From the NCBI GenBank assembly GCA_029715105.1, contig CP085695.1:180001-212000 (forward strand): a stretch of DNA of 32,000 nucleotides. The letters run 5' to 3'. The position numbers were made by a program, and so were the translations under genes. The stretch's first letter is position 1; each line of letters opens with the position of its first letter. Source of the stretch: Candidatus Saccharimonadota bacterium (GTDB lineage Bacteria; Pseudomonadota; Alphaproteobacteria; Rickettsiales; Anaplasmataceae). Below the pieces are notes generated by a model. That model saw only the letters and a list, made by a program, of their open reading frames with translations. It was not told where the DNA came from and searched no databases. Shown here one piece after another: positions 1 through 9,907 of the stretch.

Positions 1-63
1 AAAATTAATGATATAAAAAGTGTAGGGGCAATATGTTAAGTAAGTTGCAGTAGTTTAAAAATA

Positions 64-1257
64 TTATATTTCCAAGATTAGTCTACTTGGATCCTCTATG
101 AAGTTTTTTATTCTAATTAAGAAGGCTATTGCTCCCTTACCATCAACTATTCTATGATCATAGGAAAGTGCAATATACATCATTGGTCTAATCTCAATTG
201 AATTGCCTACGACAACAGGTCTATTTTGTATTGAATGCATACCTAGTATTCCAGATTGCGGAGGATTTATTATTGGAGTAGATAGGAGTGAGCCATACAC
301 TCCTCCATTTGAAATGGTAAATGTTGCACCTTCCATTTCTGATACTTGTAACTTGTTTTCCCGCGCTTTTTTACTAAGAGTGGTAAGAATTAATTCGATT
401 TTAGCAAGTGATATTTGATCTGCATTTCGAATAACTGGTACAACAAGGCCCTTATCGGTACTAACAGCAACGCCTATGTCATAGTAATATTTATATATAA
501 TTTCATTGCCAGAAATTTCGGCATTAATCTCAAGAATTTCTTTTAAGGCTTGTACTGTTGCTTTTATAAAAAAAGACATAATACCCAATTTTATTCCGTA
601 TTTTTTTTCAAAAACCTCTTTATATTTCATTCTAATATCTACAATGTTTTTCATATCAACTTCATTAAATGTTGTTAATATTGCTGCAGTATTTTGTGAT
701 TCTTTTAAGCGTGTAGCAATTATTTGTCTTATTTTACTCATTTTCACTCGTTTTTCTTTTTTGTTTACTGTATTTTCAACTGTTTTGACTTCTGCGCGTT
801 CAACATTTGTGTTATTTATATAGTTGATTACATCTGCTTTGGTTATTCGGCCTCCAATGCCGGTTCCGTCAATATTTTCTGTAGTAATTTCATTTTCTTT
901 CATTATTCTATATGCTGAAGGAGCATTTTTTTTAGTAGTAATCTTGTCGTCTTTATTTTTTTCTTTTTTTATTTCTTCTTTTTCTATATCTTCTATAGAG
1001 CTTTCTATATCTTCTGTAGAAATTTTTGCTAGTAATTGGTTTGGACTTATTATATCATTTTCCTTTACGAAAAATTCGGTTATTTGACCTGAGACTTCTG
1101 CAGTTAATTCAAGTGCTGTTTTATCAGTTTCAATTTCAAAAATTGAATCATCGGTTTTTATTGGTTCGCCAATATTTTTTTTTATTTTAATTATTCCCTC
1201 TGTAATTGATTCGCCTCCTAGAGTTTTTGGTGCTCTAATTTCTATAATTTTGCTCAT
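64..1257 (-). CDS. sucB: Dihydrolipoamide succinyltransferase, E2 component of 2-oxoglutarate dehydrogenase
   Basis: 397-aa ORF. It has an N-terminal lipoyl domain with the lipoyl-lysine motif ([12 protein letters not shown]), a peripheral-subunit-binding domain ([17 protein letters not shown]) and a C-terminal catalytic core. The core ([30 protein letters not shown] ... [11 protein letters not shown]) is nearly colinear with what I recall of E. coli SucB. No sucA is adjacent in the window. Confidence 0.9.
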   Translation of the reverse strand: MSKIIEIRAPKTLGGESITEGIIKIKKNIGEPIKTDDSIFEIETDKTALELTAEVSGQITEFFVKENDIISPNQLLAKISTEDIESSIEDIEKEEIKKEKNKDDKITTKKNAPSAYRIMKENEITTENIDGTGIGGRITKADVINYINNTNVERAEVKTVENTVNKKEKRVKMSKIRQIIATRLKESQNTAAILTTFNEVDMKNIVDIRMKYKEVFEKKYGIKLGIMSFFIKATVQALKEILEINAEISGNEIIYKYYYDIGVAVSTDKGLVVPVIRNADQISLAKIELILTTLSKKARENKLQVSEMEGATFTISNGGVYGSLLSTPIINPPQSGILGMHSIQNRPVVVGNSIEIRPMMYIALSYDHRIVDGKGAIAFLIRIKNFIEDPSRLILEI

Positions 1258-1494
1258 AATTAATTTAATATATTACACAAGCTTTGTTATAAACTATTTT
1301 ATACTCTAAAAAAATATATAATAAACTAATAAAATTAGTTATCTATTATAGATTAGAAAAATTTTTTTAAAATATCAAAACATTTTAGAATTATTTTACA
1401 ATTTTATCGTCTTGTTTAAACAAAATTAAAAAAATTGAGTTGATTTGTTGTTAAGTGGTAAATTTTTAGGCATCAAGTAAATAAATTAAAATTA

Positions 1495-2445
1495 TTATTC
1501 TTGGTAAAAAGAGGGTATATACTTAAATATAGGTGGTAACATTTTAAGGGAGTTTTTAAAATGTTCAGGAAGAATAGCTAAGATAGTATTTATTTTTCCA
1601 TTTGGAAGTTTTAAGGATAAGGAATGTGAATGGAGATGTATTTTGTTTATTATGCCATTTATAAAAGCTTTTTTACCACCATATTTACCATCACCTAGAA
1701 TAGGACATTTTATATAGGCTAAATGCGCTCTTAGTTGGTGAGTTCTACCGGTAATTGGTTGTAATTTTAAGTAAGCAACATCGTGTTTTAATTTTGCTAT
1801 AATTGAGAAGTGTGTGGTAGCATTTTTAGATGAATTTACATCAACTATTACTTTTTCTTGACCTGAAATATATTTCTTTATTAATGGACGTTCTATTATT
1901 CCTTTATTTTTTTTTGGTATACCAGAAGTTAGTGCTAGGTAAATTTTTTTTATTCTGTGTGCTTTGAATTCTTGCATAAGATATTTAGCGACATTTGTAT
2001 TACGCGCAAATATTATTGCTCCACTTGTGTCTTTATCTAGTCTATGGACAATTTTAAATGTTTCTCCATCTTTAATTTGATCGAGTAAATCATTAATGCT
2101 GGTTTTTGTTTTTGTACCACCTTGAACTATTATTCCTGCAGGCTTATTTATAGCTAATATGTATTCATCTTCATATAGAATATTATTTCTTAACAGATTT
2201 AATAGTTTTTCTTTATGTTTGTATTCTAAATTATTATTAATAATATAGTTTGGATGTTTTATTGTTATGGTTTGTTGGGAGCTCACTCTATTATTAGATT
2301 TTGCCTTATGACCGTCTACTTTGATTAGTTTTTTTCTTAGGGATTTTTCAATTATAGATTGCCTTAAATTAGGGAAGATTTTTCTAATATATCTATCTAA
2401 TCTAACATTATCATTCTTTATAGGTATATTTTTTATATCCTTCAC
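1495..2445 (-). CDS. rluC: RluA-family 23S rRNA pseudouridine synthase (RluC-like)
   Basis: 316-aa ORF. It has an N-terminal S4-like RNA-binding region (RLDRYIRKIFPNLRQSIIEKSLRKKLIKVDGHKAKSNNRV) and the catalytic-Asp motif HRLDKDTSG. The downstream KxY..L and HQLR motifs are typical of RluC/RluD enzymes. The choice of RluC over RluD rests on the N-terminal pattern only. Confidence 0.7.
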   Translation of the reverse strand: MKDIKNIPIKNDNVRLDRYIRKIFPNLRQSIIEKSLRKKLIKVDGHKAKSNNRVSSQQTITIKHPNYIINNNLEYKHKEKLLNLLRNNILYEDEYILAINKPAGIIVQGGTKTKTSINDLLDQIKDGETFKIVHRLDKDTSGAIIFARNTNVAKYLMQEFKAHRIKKIYLALTSGIPKKNKGIIERPLIKKYISGQEKVIVDVNSSKNATTHFSIIAKLKHDVAYLKLQPITGRTHQLRAHLAYIKCPILGDGKYGGKKAFINGIINKIHLHSHSLSLKLPNGKINTILAILPEHFKNSLKMLPPIFKYIPSFYQE

Positions 2446-2907
2446 TAATTTCGTTAAAAGCTACCGATAAAAGAATATAATATAAAACATATTTTGTAAA
2501 TTTTTATATGAGTTCGAAATTTAATATTTATTAAAATATTTAATTTTTATTATTTAAAGCATAGAAAATATAGAATTTACTATTGTTAAATATGTAAGGT
2601 AGAGAGTAGGAAAGAAGAGTAATAGTTATTTTATAATAATAATAGTCCCCTAAGGGGATAAGTTTATTTATTATTAATTTGTAAAAATATAAAAAGAGGT
2701 AAGATAGTATTACTATTATATATGATGTGTTTATTTTAATTTTAATGTTAGGGTTAAAAAGAATATAATTTTCATTCCTTTATTTTATATTAGAGAGTCG
2801 TTTTAAAGACATAAAGAGTGTGCTCTTTTTATTTTAAAACTTTTGTGAATTTCATGTTATAAATTATTAAGTTAAAATTGATCTAAAGATAATTCTATAT
2901 TATGTAT

Positions 2908-4620
2908 TTATTTCATTTCTTCTAAAGGTTTTATATTAAAAATAAAAAGTCCAGAAGCTATCACGTGTGCTAAGGCTTGAACGAGGAATATTCTTGCAGA
3001 GGTGAGGTTTAAGTTATTTTTTAATATAAATCGCATATTTGAATCGTTTTTACCATATCCCCATAAAGCATGAAATGCTTCTGCAGCTTCTAGTAAGTAA
3101 AAAGTGATTCTATGTGGTTCATATAGTTTAGCTGCTGTTTCTACTACAGCAGGCCATCTTGCTAGGGTTTTTATGAGAAATAATTCTTCATTTGTTTTTA
3201 AAAGTGAAAGGTTTATGTTTGGGAGTTTTTTTGGTGCATTGCGCATTAATGAATGAGCGCGCGCATATGCATATTGTATATAAAAAATAGGATTATCTTT
3301 AGATTGTTCTTTAACTTTAATTAAATCAAAATTTAAGATCATATCATTTTTTCGTGTTAGCATTACAAAACGTGTTATATCTTTACCAATTTCTTTTATT
3401 ACATCTTTTATAGTAAGGAAATTTCCTGATCTTTTTGACATTTTAACAGGTTTACCATTTTTGAAAAAATTTACAATATTATGCAATTTTATTTCTATTT
3501 TTGCTTTGTTATCACTTAGCGCAGAGACAACTGCTTTAAGTCTTTTAGCGTAACTACCATGATCACTACCTAACTCTACAATCATATTATTGAAACCACG
3601 TGATATCTTATCAAGATGGTATGCAATATCAGAGGCAAAGTAAGTCCAATTACCATTTTCTTTTTTTAGTACGCGATCAACATCATCGCCAAATTTTGTA
3701 GAACGAAATAATATCTTTTTTTTAGAAGTCCAATTTTTACCTTTTTTACTTTTTGGTTTTTCTAAGTATCCTTCGTATATTAAACCTTTTTTTGATAAAA
3801 TTTTTATACTTTCTTCTATTTTACCTTCTTTTTGTAATTTATCTTCCGAAGTAAAAACGTCGTGGTTTACTCCAAGTAAATTCATATCTTTTTTTATAAG
3901 TTTTAAAATAAAATTTAAGGTATATTTTTTTATTATTTGATTATCTTGTTTATTTATAAGTTTTGAGCCATATTCCTTGGCTAGTTTTTTGCCTATTAGT
4001 TTTGAATACTTATTAAAGTATAGGTTACTACTATTTTTAGTATTAATTTTTTCTCCTAGAGTTTCTTTATATTGAAGGTATACTGACTCAATTAAAGTAT
4101 CTATTTGAGCTCCAGTATCATTGATATAGTATTCTTTAGTAACTTTATAGCCAACTTTTTTAAGTAAATTTGCCAAAACATCACCGAATACTGCTCCTCT
4201 TGCATGACCAATATGTAATGGACCAGTTGGGTTTGCTGATACGAATTCAATATTGATTGCTCGATTATTTCCAATATTTAAAGCACCAAATTCTATTTTT
4301 AATTCGTTTATTTGTTTGAGGATTTCATGCCATATTTCTATTTTTAAGTAGATATTGATAAAACCTGGATTTACAACTTTTACTTTTTCAACTTCATTGA
4401 ACAGCGCAAATTCATTTGCTAATATTTCTACAATTTCAACCAATTTTTTGTTTTCGTATTTTGCAAGTACCATTGCAACATTTGTATAAATATCTCCATA
4501 CAATTTATTACTTGGAGGTTCTACAACAAAATTTTTTGTAATCGTATTTATAATACCTCTTTGTTTTAATTCATTTAATTTGTCAAGAATTAACAAGAAA
4601 ATTTTTTTAAAAATATTCAT
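2908..4620 (-). CDS. argS: Arginyl-tRNA synthetase
   Basis: 570-aa ORF. It has the class I HIGH motif (SANPTGPLHIGHARG), a KMSKS-like motif (VKMSKRSGNF) and a C-terminal DALR-type anticodon-binding region. Length is typical of ArgRS. Confidence 0.92.
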   Translation of the reverse strand: MNIFKKIFLLILDKLNELKQRGIINTITKNFVVEPPSNKLYGDIYTNVAMVLAKYENKKLVEIVEILANEFALFNEVEKVKVVNPGFINIYLKIEIWHEILKQINELKIEFGALNIGNNRAINIEFVSANPTGPLHIGHARGAVFGDVLANLLKKVGYKVTKEYYINDTGAQIDTLIESVYLQYKETLGEKINTKNSSNLYFNKYSKLIGKKLAKEYGSKLINKQDNQIIKKYTLNFILKLIKKDMNLLGVNHDVFTSEDKLQKEGKIEESIKILSKKGLIYEGYLEKPKSKKGKNWTSKKKILFRSTKFGDDVDRVLKKENGNWTYFASDIAYHLDKISRGFNNMIVELGSDHGSYAKRLKAVVSALSDNKAKIEIKLHNIVNFFKNGKPVKMSKRSGNFLTIKDVIKEIGKDITRFVMLTRKNDMILNFDLIKVKEQSKDNPIFYIQYAYARAHSLMRNAPKKLPNINLSLLKTNEELFLIKTLARWPAVVETAAKLYEPHRITFYLLEAAEAFHALWGYGKNDSNMRFILKNNLNLTSARIFLVQALAHVIASGLFIFNIKPLEEMK

Positions 4621-5097
4621 TAATCAAAATGCAAATTATATGCAGTTATAATGGATAAATAGAGTTAATTGAAGATTTATTTCAATTTTTAATTAAAAAT
4701 TAATAAATGGTTTTCTATAAATAAGAGAAAAGTAGAGTAATAATAAAATAAATAAAAAAGGAAAAGGGGCTCTAGAGAAGAGGAGGGGAGAAAAGTTATA
4801 AAAATTATCTTTACTGAGATGATTTTATATTGCAAAAGGAAGCTAGTATTAGTTCAAGGATTATTTTATGAATTTATATATTTGAGCTTTGTATAAGTAG
4901 ACTTTAATAAAATTGCTATAATTCTGTTTTTTAAATTTTTAAGATTTAAACTTTTCACGCTAAGTATAGAGCATATATTTAAATATAATTTTCATTAACT
5001 AGATTTTTATAAAGAAAAATTATGGGGCTAATATATAGTAAGTTTTATTCTACCATTGCATAGTAGTTGCTAAAACTCTTTATAGGGCCCCAACACA

Positions 5098-5124
5098 ACA
5101 TACACCACAAGTCATGGTGTATGT
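5098..5124 (-). terminator. Perfect 10-bp stem hairpin 23 nt downstream of the outer-membrane protein stop codon (candidate intrinsic or bidirectional terminator)
   Basis: ACATACACCA (5098-5107), a 7-nt loop, then TGGTGTATGT (5115-5124) form a perfect inverted repeat read directly from the sequence. On the minus strand no clean U-tract follows. On the plus strand it is followed by GGTTTTAGGTGTTCTATTTTA, so the functional orientation is ambiguous. Confidence 0.35.
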
Positions 5125-5146
5125 GGTTTTAGGTGTTCTATTTTAA

Positions 5147-7516
5147 TTAGAAAGAAAATTTTACACCGGTCAGAAAAAGACCTCCTTCTTCTTTATTAGA
5201 AGAGAGGTTTACCTCTTGGTTATATTTTTCTACATGATTGTTATCTCGTTTTTCTTTACTTGTAAAGTAATGAAAGACTGCATACGGAATGAATTTACTT
5301 TTACTATAAGCTGGAGAGAGATCATATTGAATGCCAAGTGCAATATCATGAAGTTTATCTCCATCGTTCATCTTACTACTAAAATATGTTAAACTTGTAT
5401 AAAAATTCTCATACTGGTAACCAGCACCAGCAGTCCAATAGGTAATATTTTCACTATTAATCACAAGTTGATCCAGTATATTAGTTTTCTTATCAGGCTT
5501 ATGAAAATTATCATGATCAGCTTCTCTTAGATGTTCTTCGGCAATTTTTGATTGACCAGACTTACCTAAATATGCAAAAGAAGCAGCGAACCTTATGTTA
5601 TGATCTTTATTTATCATATAGTCAGCGCTAACACCAAGATTAGTTCCTATTAAATCATTGTGTTCAAATTCTTTGTAAGAATGTTCGGTATCTAGTGTTT
5701 TTGCCTTACCATATTCCCCGACTATAGAAGTTTTAATTTTTATATTATTTTGATTGAAATCATACTCATATGATGCACCCGCACTTATTATATGTTCATA
5801 ATCTGGACCAATATGTCTTGCTAAGTCTGTTATACTTTTTTCATATATCATTGTATTTATGGCCTTTTCGAGAAATATTTCTTTTATTTTTGATTTAATA
5901 TCTACAGCTGAAAGTCTTGTGTTTAAAAGTTTACTCACTGCTTCTTTTAGATCTTTAACAAATTTATCTTTGCTACCACCTGTTTCATTAAGAGATGGTA
6001 TTTTATTTATGAGTTCGTCTTTCATTGTATTCTTACTTTCAAGAACTGTTATATCTGTAACATCTACAGCAGGAACAGTGTTTGTTTTGTGGGTTTCATT
6101 GTATTTGGTAGGAAGAATTACAGTAGTTACATCAATTGCGGGTAAGATTTTGTCGATTATTCCGACAAGAGCTTCATTTTTTTCAGTTTGGGTAGCGGAA
6201 TTACCAGTAAATTTTACATTTTTGACTAGGTCGTCAATTGCTTCGTCTGCTGACTTATATTTTTTACCATCAATCTCGACTTTATTATTGAATCTAAATT
6301 TACTAGCGTTAATGAGTTTAGTAGTAATAATGTCAATTTCTTCTTCAGAAGGGTTAGTATTTATTATACCGTTATTAACATTAGTATTATTAATATAGGA
6401 TAGGCTATTTTCATAGCGAGGTGAATAACTGATACCAAATTTTGCACCCATGTAGTTCGGTGAGTAGTAAGCAATTCTAAATGGGAGCGTAGTTATAGTG
6501 CTTTTGTTATATTTTTCTGCTATGCTAAAAGAAAGCTTTTTACCTCCATTCGAGAAACTTTCGGTATAAAGACGTGGAGTTACATAAAATGGAAATGTTA
6601 AAGCTTTTTCTTTTAAATTTGCTTTTCTAAACCAGTTGCTATCTGCAGCCCCATCAATAGTTGCGATTTTTGTTGCATCAAGTCTCATTAAAGCTTCAGG
6701 ACCAAATTGATAACCAAATCTTAAACTACCATATTTTGAATCCAAAAATATATGTGCATTTTTACTTTTTCCCGCGTTTATATCTTGCAAAGTTCCCATA
6801 TTTTCAGTAACAGGAACGTGGAATTGTATATCAGCGCCATAAAGAATACCAATGCTTTCATTTTTATTTTCAGCTCTCAAATGTAATACTGTATCTGTAA
6901 TCATGCCCATGTTTTTATAATCATCAACACTTCTTACTTTTTCTAGAAACGATAATGGACTTATTTTTACAGAGGTATTATCATTATTCAATTTGACATC
7001 ATGTGATTTATGATTTTTATTACTTAATTTTAATTTATTATAACTTTGGGTGTCGATAACACCACTAAAAGTAATTTTTAAGTCACTTGTCTTTTGATTA
7101 ATGCCAGCAATATTAACACTATTAGTAATTGGAACAATTGGATTGGTTTTATTTTTTTCGTTAATTCTATTATTGATAATTTTAGTTTTGATTCCAGATT
7201 TTTTAATTTTATAATTTTCAGTTTTTAAAGTTTCTACGTTAGAATTTTTATTTTTAAGAACTTTTGCTTTTTTTATTAATTTTATTGTTTCTTTTTTTTT
7301 ATCAAGTTGTTCCATAACAGGATCTAGTTTTAAATTTGTATTACATACTCTTTTTATTTTGTCTTTTAGTTTTCTATTTTGTGTTTTTAAAACTTCTATT
7401 CTTTTAGAAATTGCTGCGTTATCTTGTTTTTCATAAAAATCAGCAGTAAAGCCACTGAAAGAACATAAAGCTAGCAAAGAAGCTAGAGCAGTTTTAGTAT
7501 AGGTAGATTGTTTCAT
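5147..7516 (-). CDS. Outer-membrane beta-barrel (porin-like) protein with N-terminal coiled-coil extension and a large internal insert
   Basis: 789-aa ORF with a Sec signal peptide (KTALASLLALCSFSGFTA). A Lys-rich helical region follows. Alternating-hydrophobicity strands resemble alphaproteobacterial porins (GAKFGISYSPRYEN, YWTAGAGYQYENFYTSLTY). The C-terminus ends in Phe (LTGVKFSF), as is typical of beta-barrel outer-membrane proteins. A GGGGGA Shine-Dalgarno-like element lies 8 nt upstream of the ATG. Confidence 0.6.
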   Translation of the reverse strand: MKQSTYTKTALASLLALCSFSGFTADFYEKQDNAAISKRIEVLKTQNRKLKDKIKRVCNTNLKLDPVMEQLDKKKETIKLIKKAKVLKNKNSNVETLKTENYKIKKSGIKTKIINNRINEKNKTNPIVPITNSVNIAGINQKTSDLKITFSGVIDTQSYNKLKLSNKNHKSHDVKLNNDNTSVKISPLSFLEKVRSVDDYKNMGMITDTVLHLRAENKNESIGILYGADIQFHVPVTENMGTLQDINAGKSKNAHIFLDSKYGSLRFGYQFGPEALMRLDATKIATIDGAADSNWFRKANLKEKALTFPFYVTPRLYTESFSNGGKKLSFSIAEKYNKSTITTLPFRIAYYSPNYMGAKFGISYSPRYENSLSYINNTNVNNGIINTNPSEEEIDIITTKLINASKFRFNNKVEIDGKKYKSADEAIDDLVKNVKFTGNSATQTEKNEALVGIIDKILPAIDVTTVILPTKYNETHKTNTVPAVDVTDITVLESKNTMKDELINKIPSLNETGGSKDKFVKDLKEAVSKLLNTRLSAVDIKSKIKEIFLEKAINTMIYEKSITDLARHIGPDYEHIISAGASYEYDFNQNNIKIKTSIVGEYGKAKTLDTEHSYKEFEHNDLIGTNLGVSADYMINKDHNIRFAASFAYLGKSGQSKIAEEHLREADHDNFHKPDKKTNILDQLVINSENITYWTAGAGYQYENFYTSLTYFSSKMNDGDKLHDIALGIQYDLSPAYSKSKFIPYAVFHYFTSKEKRDNNHVEKYNQEVNLSSNKEEGGLFLTGVKFSF

Positions 7517-7550
7517 GAAATATCCCCCAAAATCAAACGTTATATTTTGT

Positions 7551-7578
7551 ATAATAGCACAAAAATGCTAAGATTCAA
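7551..7578 (-). promoter_or_regulatory. Candidate sigma70-type promoter for the outer-membrane protein gene
   Basis: On the minus strand the sequence reads TTGAAT, a 16-nt spacer, then TGcTATTAT (an extended -10), about 35 nt upstream of the ATG at 7516. In such AT-rich DNA, matches of this quality arise by chance. Confidence 0.3.
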
Positions 7579-7998
7579 CTTAAGGCGGTTTGCCTAATTA
7601 AATAAAAGTAGAATTCAACATTTTAAGAATAAATTTGTGCCTAATACTGTTTTAGTGTAGTATAAGGGCTTGTACTTTGCAAGTATCAAAATAAAATTAT
7701 TTAAATAATCTAGTGTAATATTTTGATAATGAATCTTTTAATAAAGGTTTCAATACTATTATTGATTTGTTAAAAATCTCATTTTAATGAATAAATTTTC
7801 TTTACCTTTAAAGGTATTGGGAATTATTTAAACAAATTTTATTAAATAAGGTTAATATAATTTTATTTTATAACATTCAAAGTTAAGAGTAGAAGAAATA
7901 ATGATATAAGAAAAGACCTATTTTGTATATGTAAAAATTAGGAAGTATTCAATAAAATATGTGCATTAATTGCAGATTAATTAAATTAATGTTATGAA

Positions 7999-8763
7999 TT
8001 AAATTAGAAAATTATCTATTAATGTAGTTTTTCCTATTCGGATTGAGCCATATCTTCTTCCGTTTATTTCTTCTATGTAGTTAACTTTAAAGCCTAACTT
8101 CTCAAGTTCGATTTTTATTTGATTAGATGAAAGTTGCTTAGATGATAATAATAATGGAAAATTCTTTGCTAAGTTTATTTGTTTTTTGTTAAGATTTCTA
8201 TTTCTAGAACTTAATGCAATTCCGTTTTTATCTCTAATGGTAGGACACGGAATAATTTCCGTGTTAATAAAAAAAGCTTCTTTCATTCCTTTAATTAATT
8301 CATACTGTTGATAATCTTTTTCACCAAAATAAGCTTTATTTGCTCCTATAATAGTAAGAAGTTTTAATACCACAGTTAGCATCCCAGTAAAATGACCCGG
8401 ACGATATATTCCTTCTCTTACTAAACTAGTGTTATTTTCTATCACTTTATAACGAAATCCGTCAGGATATATATCATTATGTGTTGGAATGATGACTGCG
8501 TTTACTTTTTCACGCTCAGCTATTTTTAGATCTTCTGATATTGTTTTTGGATAATTTTCATAGTCAGATTTTTCAGAAAATTGGGTTTTATTAATAAAGA
8601 TGCTCAAAATAGAAAAATCGTTTTCTAAGACTGATCTTGCAATTAAGCTGCAATGACCTTCGTGTAAACAACCCATTGTTGGAATAAAACCTATGGTAGT
8701 GTTATTAAGTAGAGAGTTTTTAAAAGTTTTCCATTCTTCTATCAAGTTAAAAATTTTTAACAT
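7999..8763 (-). CDS. panC: Pantoate--beta-alanine ligase (pantothenate synthetase)
   Basis: 254-aa ORF with the signature N-terminal nucleotide-binding motif GFIPTMGCLHEGH. The downstream blocks (GEKDYQQ, SSRN) are typical of PanC. Confidence 0.9.
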   Translation of the reverse strand: MLKIFNLIEEWKTFKNSLLNNTTIGFIPTMGCLHEGHCSLIARSVLENDFSILSIFINKTQFSEKSDYENYPKTISEDLKIAEREKVNAVIIPTHNDIYPDGFRYKVIENNTSLVREGIYRPGHFTGMLTVVLKLLTIIGANKAYFGEKDYQQYELIKGMKEAFFINTEIIPCPTIRDKNGIALSSRNRNLNKKQINLAKNFPLLLSSKQLSSNQIKIELEKLGFKVNYIEEINGRRYGSIRIGKTTLIDNFLI

Positions 8764-8832
8764 GTGTATTTTTGATAATTTGTAGTATTTTTATATTAAA
8801 ATGTATAACACGCAAATAAATATTTAGAAATT

Positions 8833-9708
8833 TTATTTTATATCAAAAGTTTTGAGAAGGTTTTTGTTAAAAGAAAGAAGTTTTTCTATATTTTTATTAT
8901 ATTGGTTAGAAATCAACTTTAAACCTAGTATCCTATACAAGACTAGTAATGATGGAGTGGATTTTAAAAAATTAATGTGATTTTTTATTATATTTATATC
9001 GCCTCTCTGTATTGGGCCGGTAATAGACATGTCGAGGGATCGGCATTTTTTGATATTTGTTAGGGTGCTCGAAGATAAACTGTGAATAATATCTAGGATG
9101 TATTCTTTCTTTACGCCTGATCTATAATAAAGATTATATGATATCTTTAATAATGAGATTAGATAATTTGAAGCAAAAATGTTTCCTATGTGATATGAAC
9201 TTTTTGTTTTCCGGTTAATTTTAAAAATTTTTGCTCCAATTTTTTTGCAGAGACGTTTTATGACTGAAAAAGCTTGTTTGTCACCTTCGTAGGCACAATA
9301 AGTTCCCTTGAACGTACTAACGCTTATTTTAGGATCTGCAAAAGATTTTATGGGGTGTAATGATCCAATAAAACACCCCATCTCTTTTGCGGAATATAAA
9401 GCCCCTGAGTTTAAAGTACCACTAAAATGAATTACAATATCTCCTCTTGAAAGTTTTTCATGGTTTACTAGCGTTTGACAGACGTTAGAGATTAGTGAAT
9501 CTTGTGTTGATATTAACCATAAATTAGACCTTATTAATTCTTTGTAATTTTTACAAGCATAACCCATACCTATAAACTTAATAGCACTCTTAGAAGAAGA
9601 AAAACTTTTATTTAATATTCCTTTGATGTCGCAATTAGCTTTTTTTGCTAAAAGATATCCAATTGTCTTTCCTACTTTTCCACATCCTATAATAGAAACT
9701 TTTTTCAT
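8833..9708 (-). CDS. Rossmann-fold plus DUF2520-type oxidoreductase; putative ketopantoate reductase (PanG-like) by context
   Basis: 291-aa ORF with an N-terminal dinucleotide-binding motif (KVSIIGCGKVGKTIG). The blocks SLHPIKSF, YHIGNIFASNYL and ITGPIQRGDINIIKNHINFL match my recollection of the Rossmann+DUF2520 family. It sits between panB and panC on the same strand. No panE or ilvC is present in the window. Confidence 0.6.
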   Translation of the reverse strand: MKKVSIIGCGKVGKTIGYLLAKKANCDIKGILNKSFSSSKSAIKFIGMGYACKNYKELIRSNLWLISTQDSLISNVCQTLVNHEKLSRGDIVIHFSGTLNSGALYSAKEMGCFIGSLHPIKSFADPKISVSTFKGTYCAYEGDKQAFSVIKRLCKKIGAKIFKINRKTKSSYHIGNIFASNYLISLLKISYNLYYRSGVKKEYILDIIHSLSSSTLTNIKKCRSLDMSITGPIQRGDINIIKNHINFLKSTPSLLVLYRILGLKLISNQYNKNIEKLLSFNKNLLKTFDIK

Positions 9709-9907
9709 ACATTTTATATTATATATATCTATTTTAAAAGATTACTAATCTTATAGTGTTTAAAAATTATTATTCAATTAAAAAAGTAGACAAAGTGATT
9801 GTATATAGTTTTCTATGTAAAATAAGAATCTTATATTTTTATTTTATTTTATATTTTTGCTATTTAATAAGGTGTAAGTTTGTATGTTAAAAAGCATTTT
9901 ATTTTTC

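Noticed and set aside
203-1087. Four plus-strand ORFs (203..418, 506..823, 724..918, 824..1087) inside the sucB region
   Set aside because: They are antisense to a strongly supported sucB CDS. Their translations are low-complexity Phe/Ile/Ser-rich strings, typical of the reverse frames of AT-rich genes, and have no recognisable motifs.
4781-4786. GGAGGG / AGGAGG-like Shine-Dalgarno sequence on the plus strand in the argS/OMP spacer
   Set aside because: The nearest downstream ATG is about 40 nt away and opens no meaningful ORF. The element is more likely part of the purine-rich island than a ribosome-binding site.
5859-6398. 179-aa plus-strand ORF inside the outer-membrane protein gene
   Set aside because: It is antisense to a CDS that has a signal peptide and a beta-barrel C-terminus. 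The translation is a low-complexity Ser/Leu/Phe/Val-rich string (not actually hydrophobic helix-like), so it is treated as a shadow ORF.
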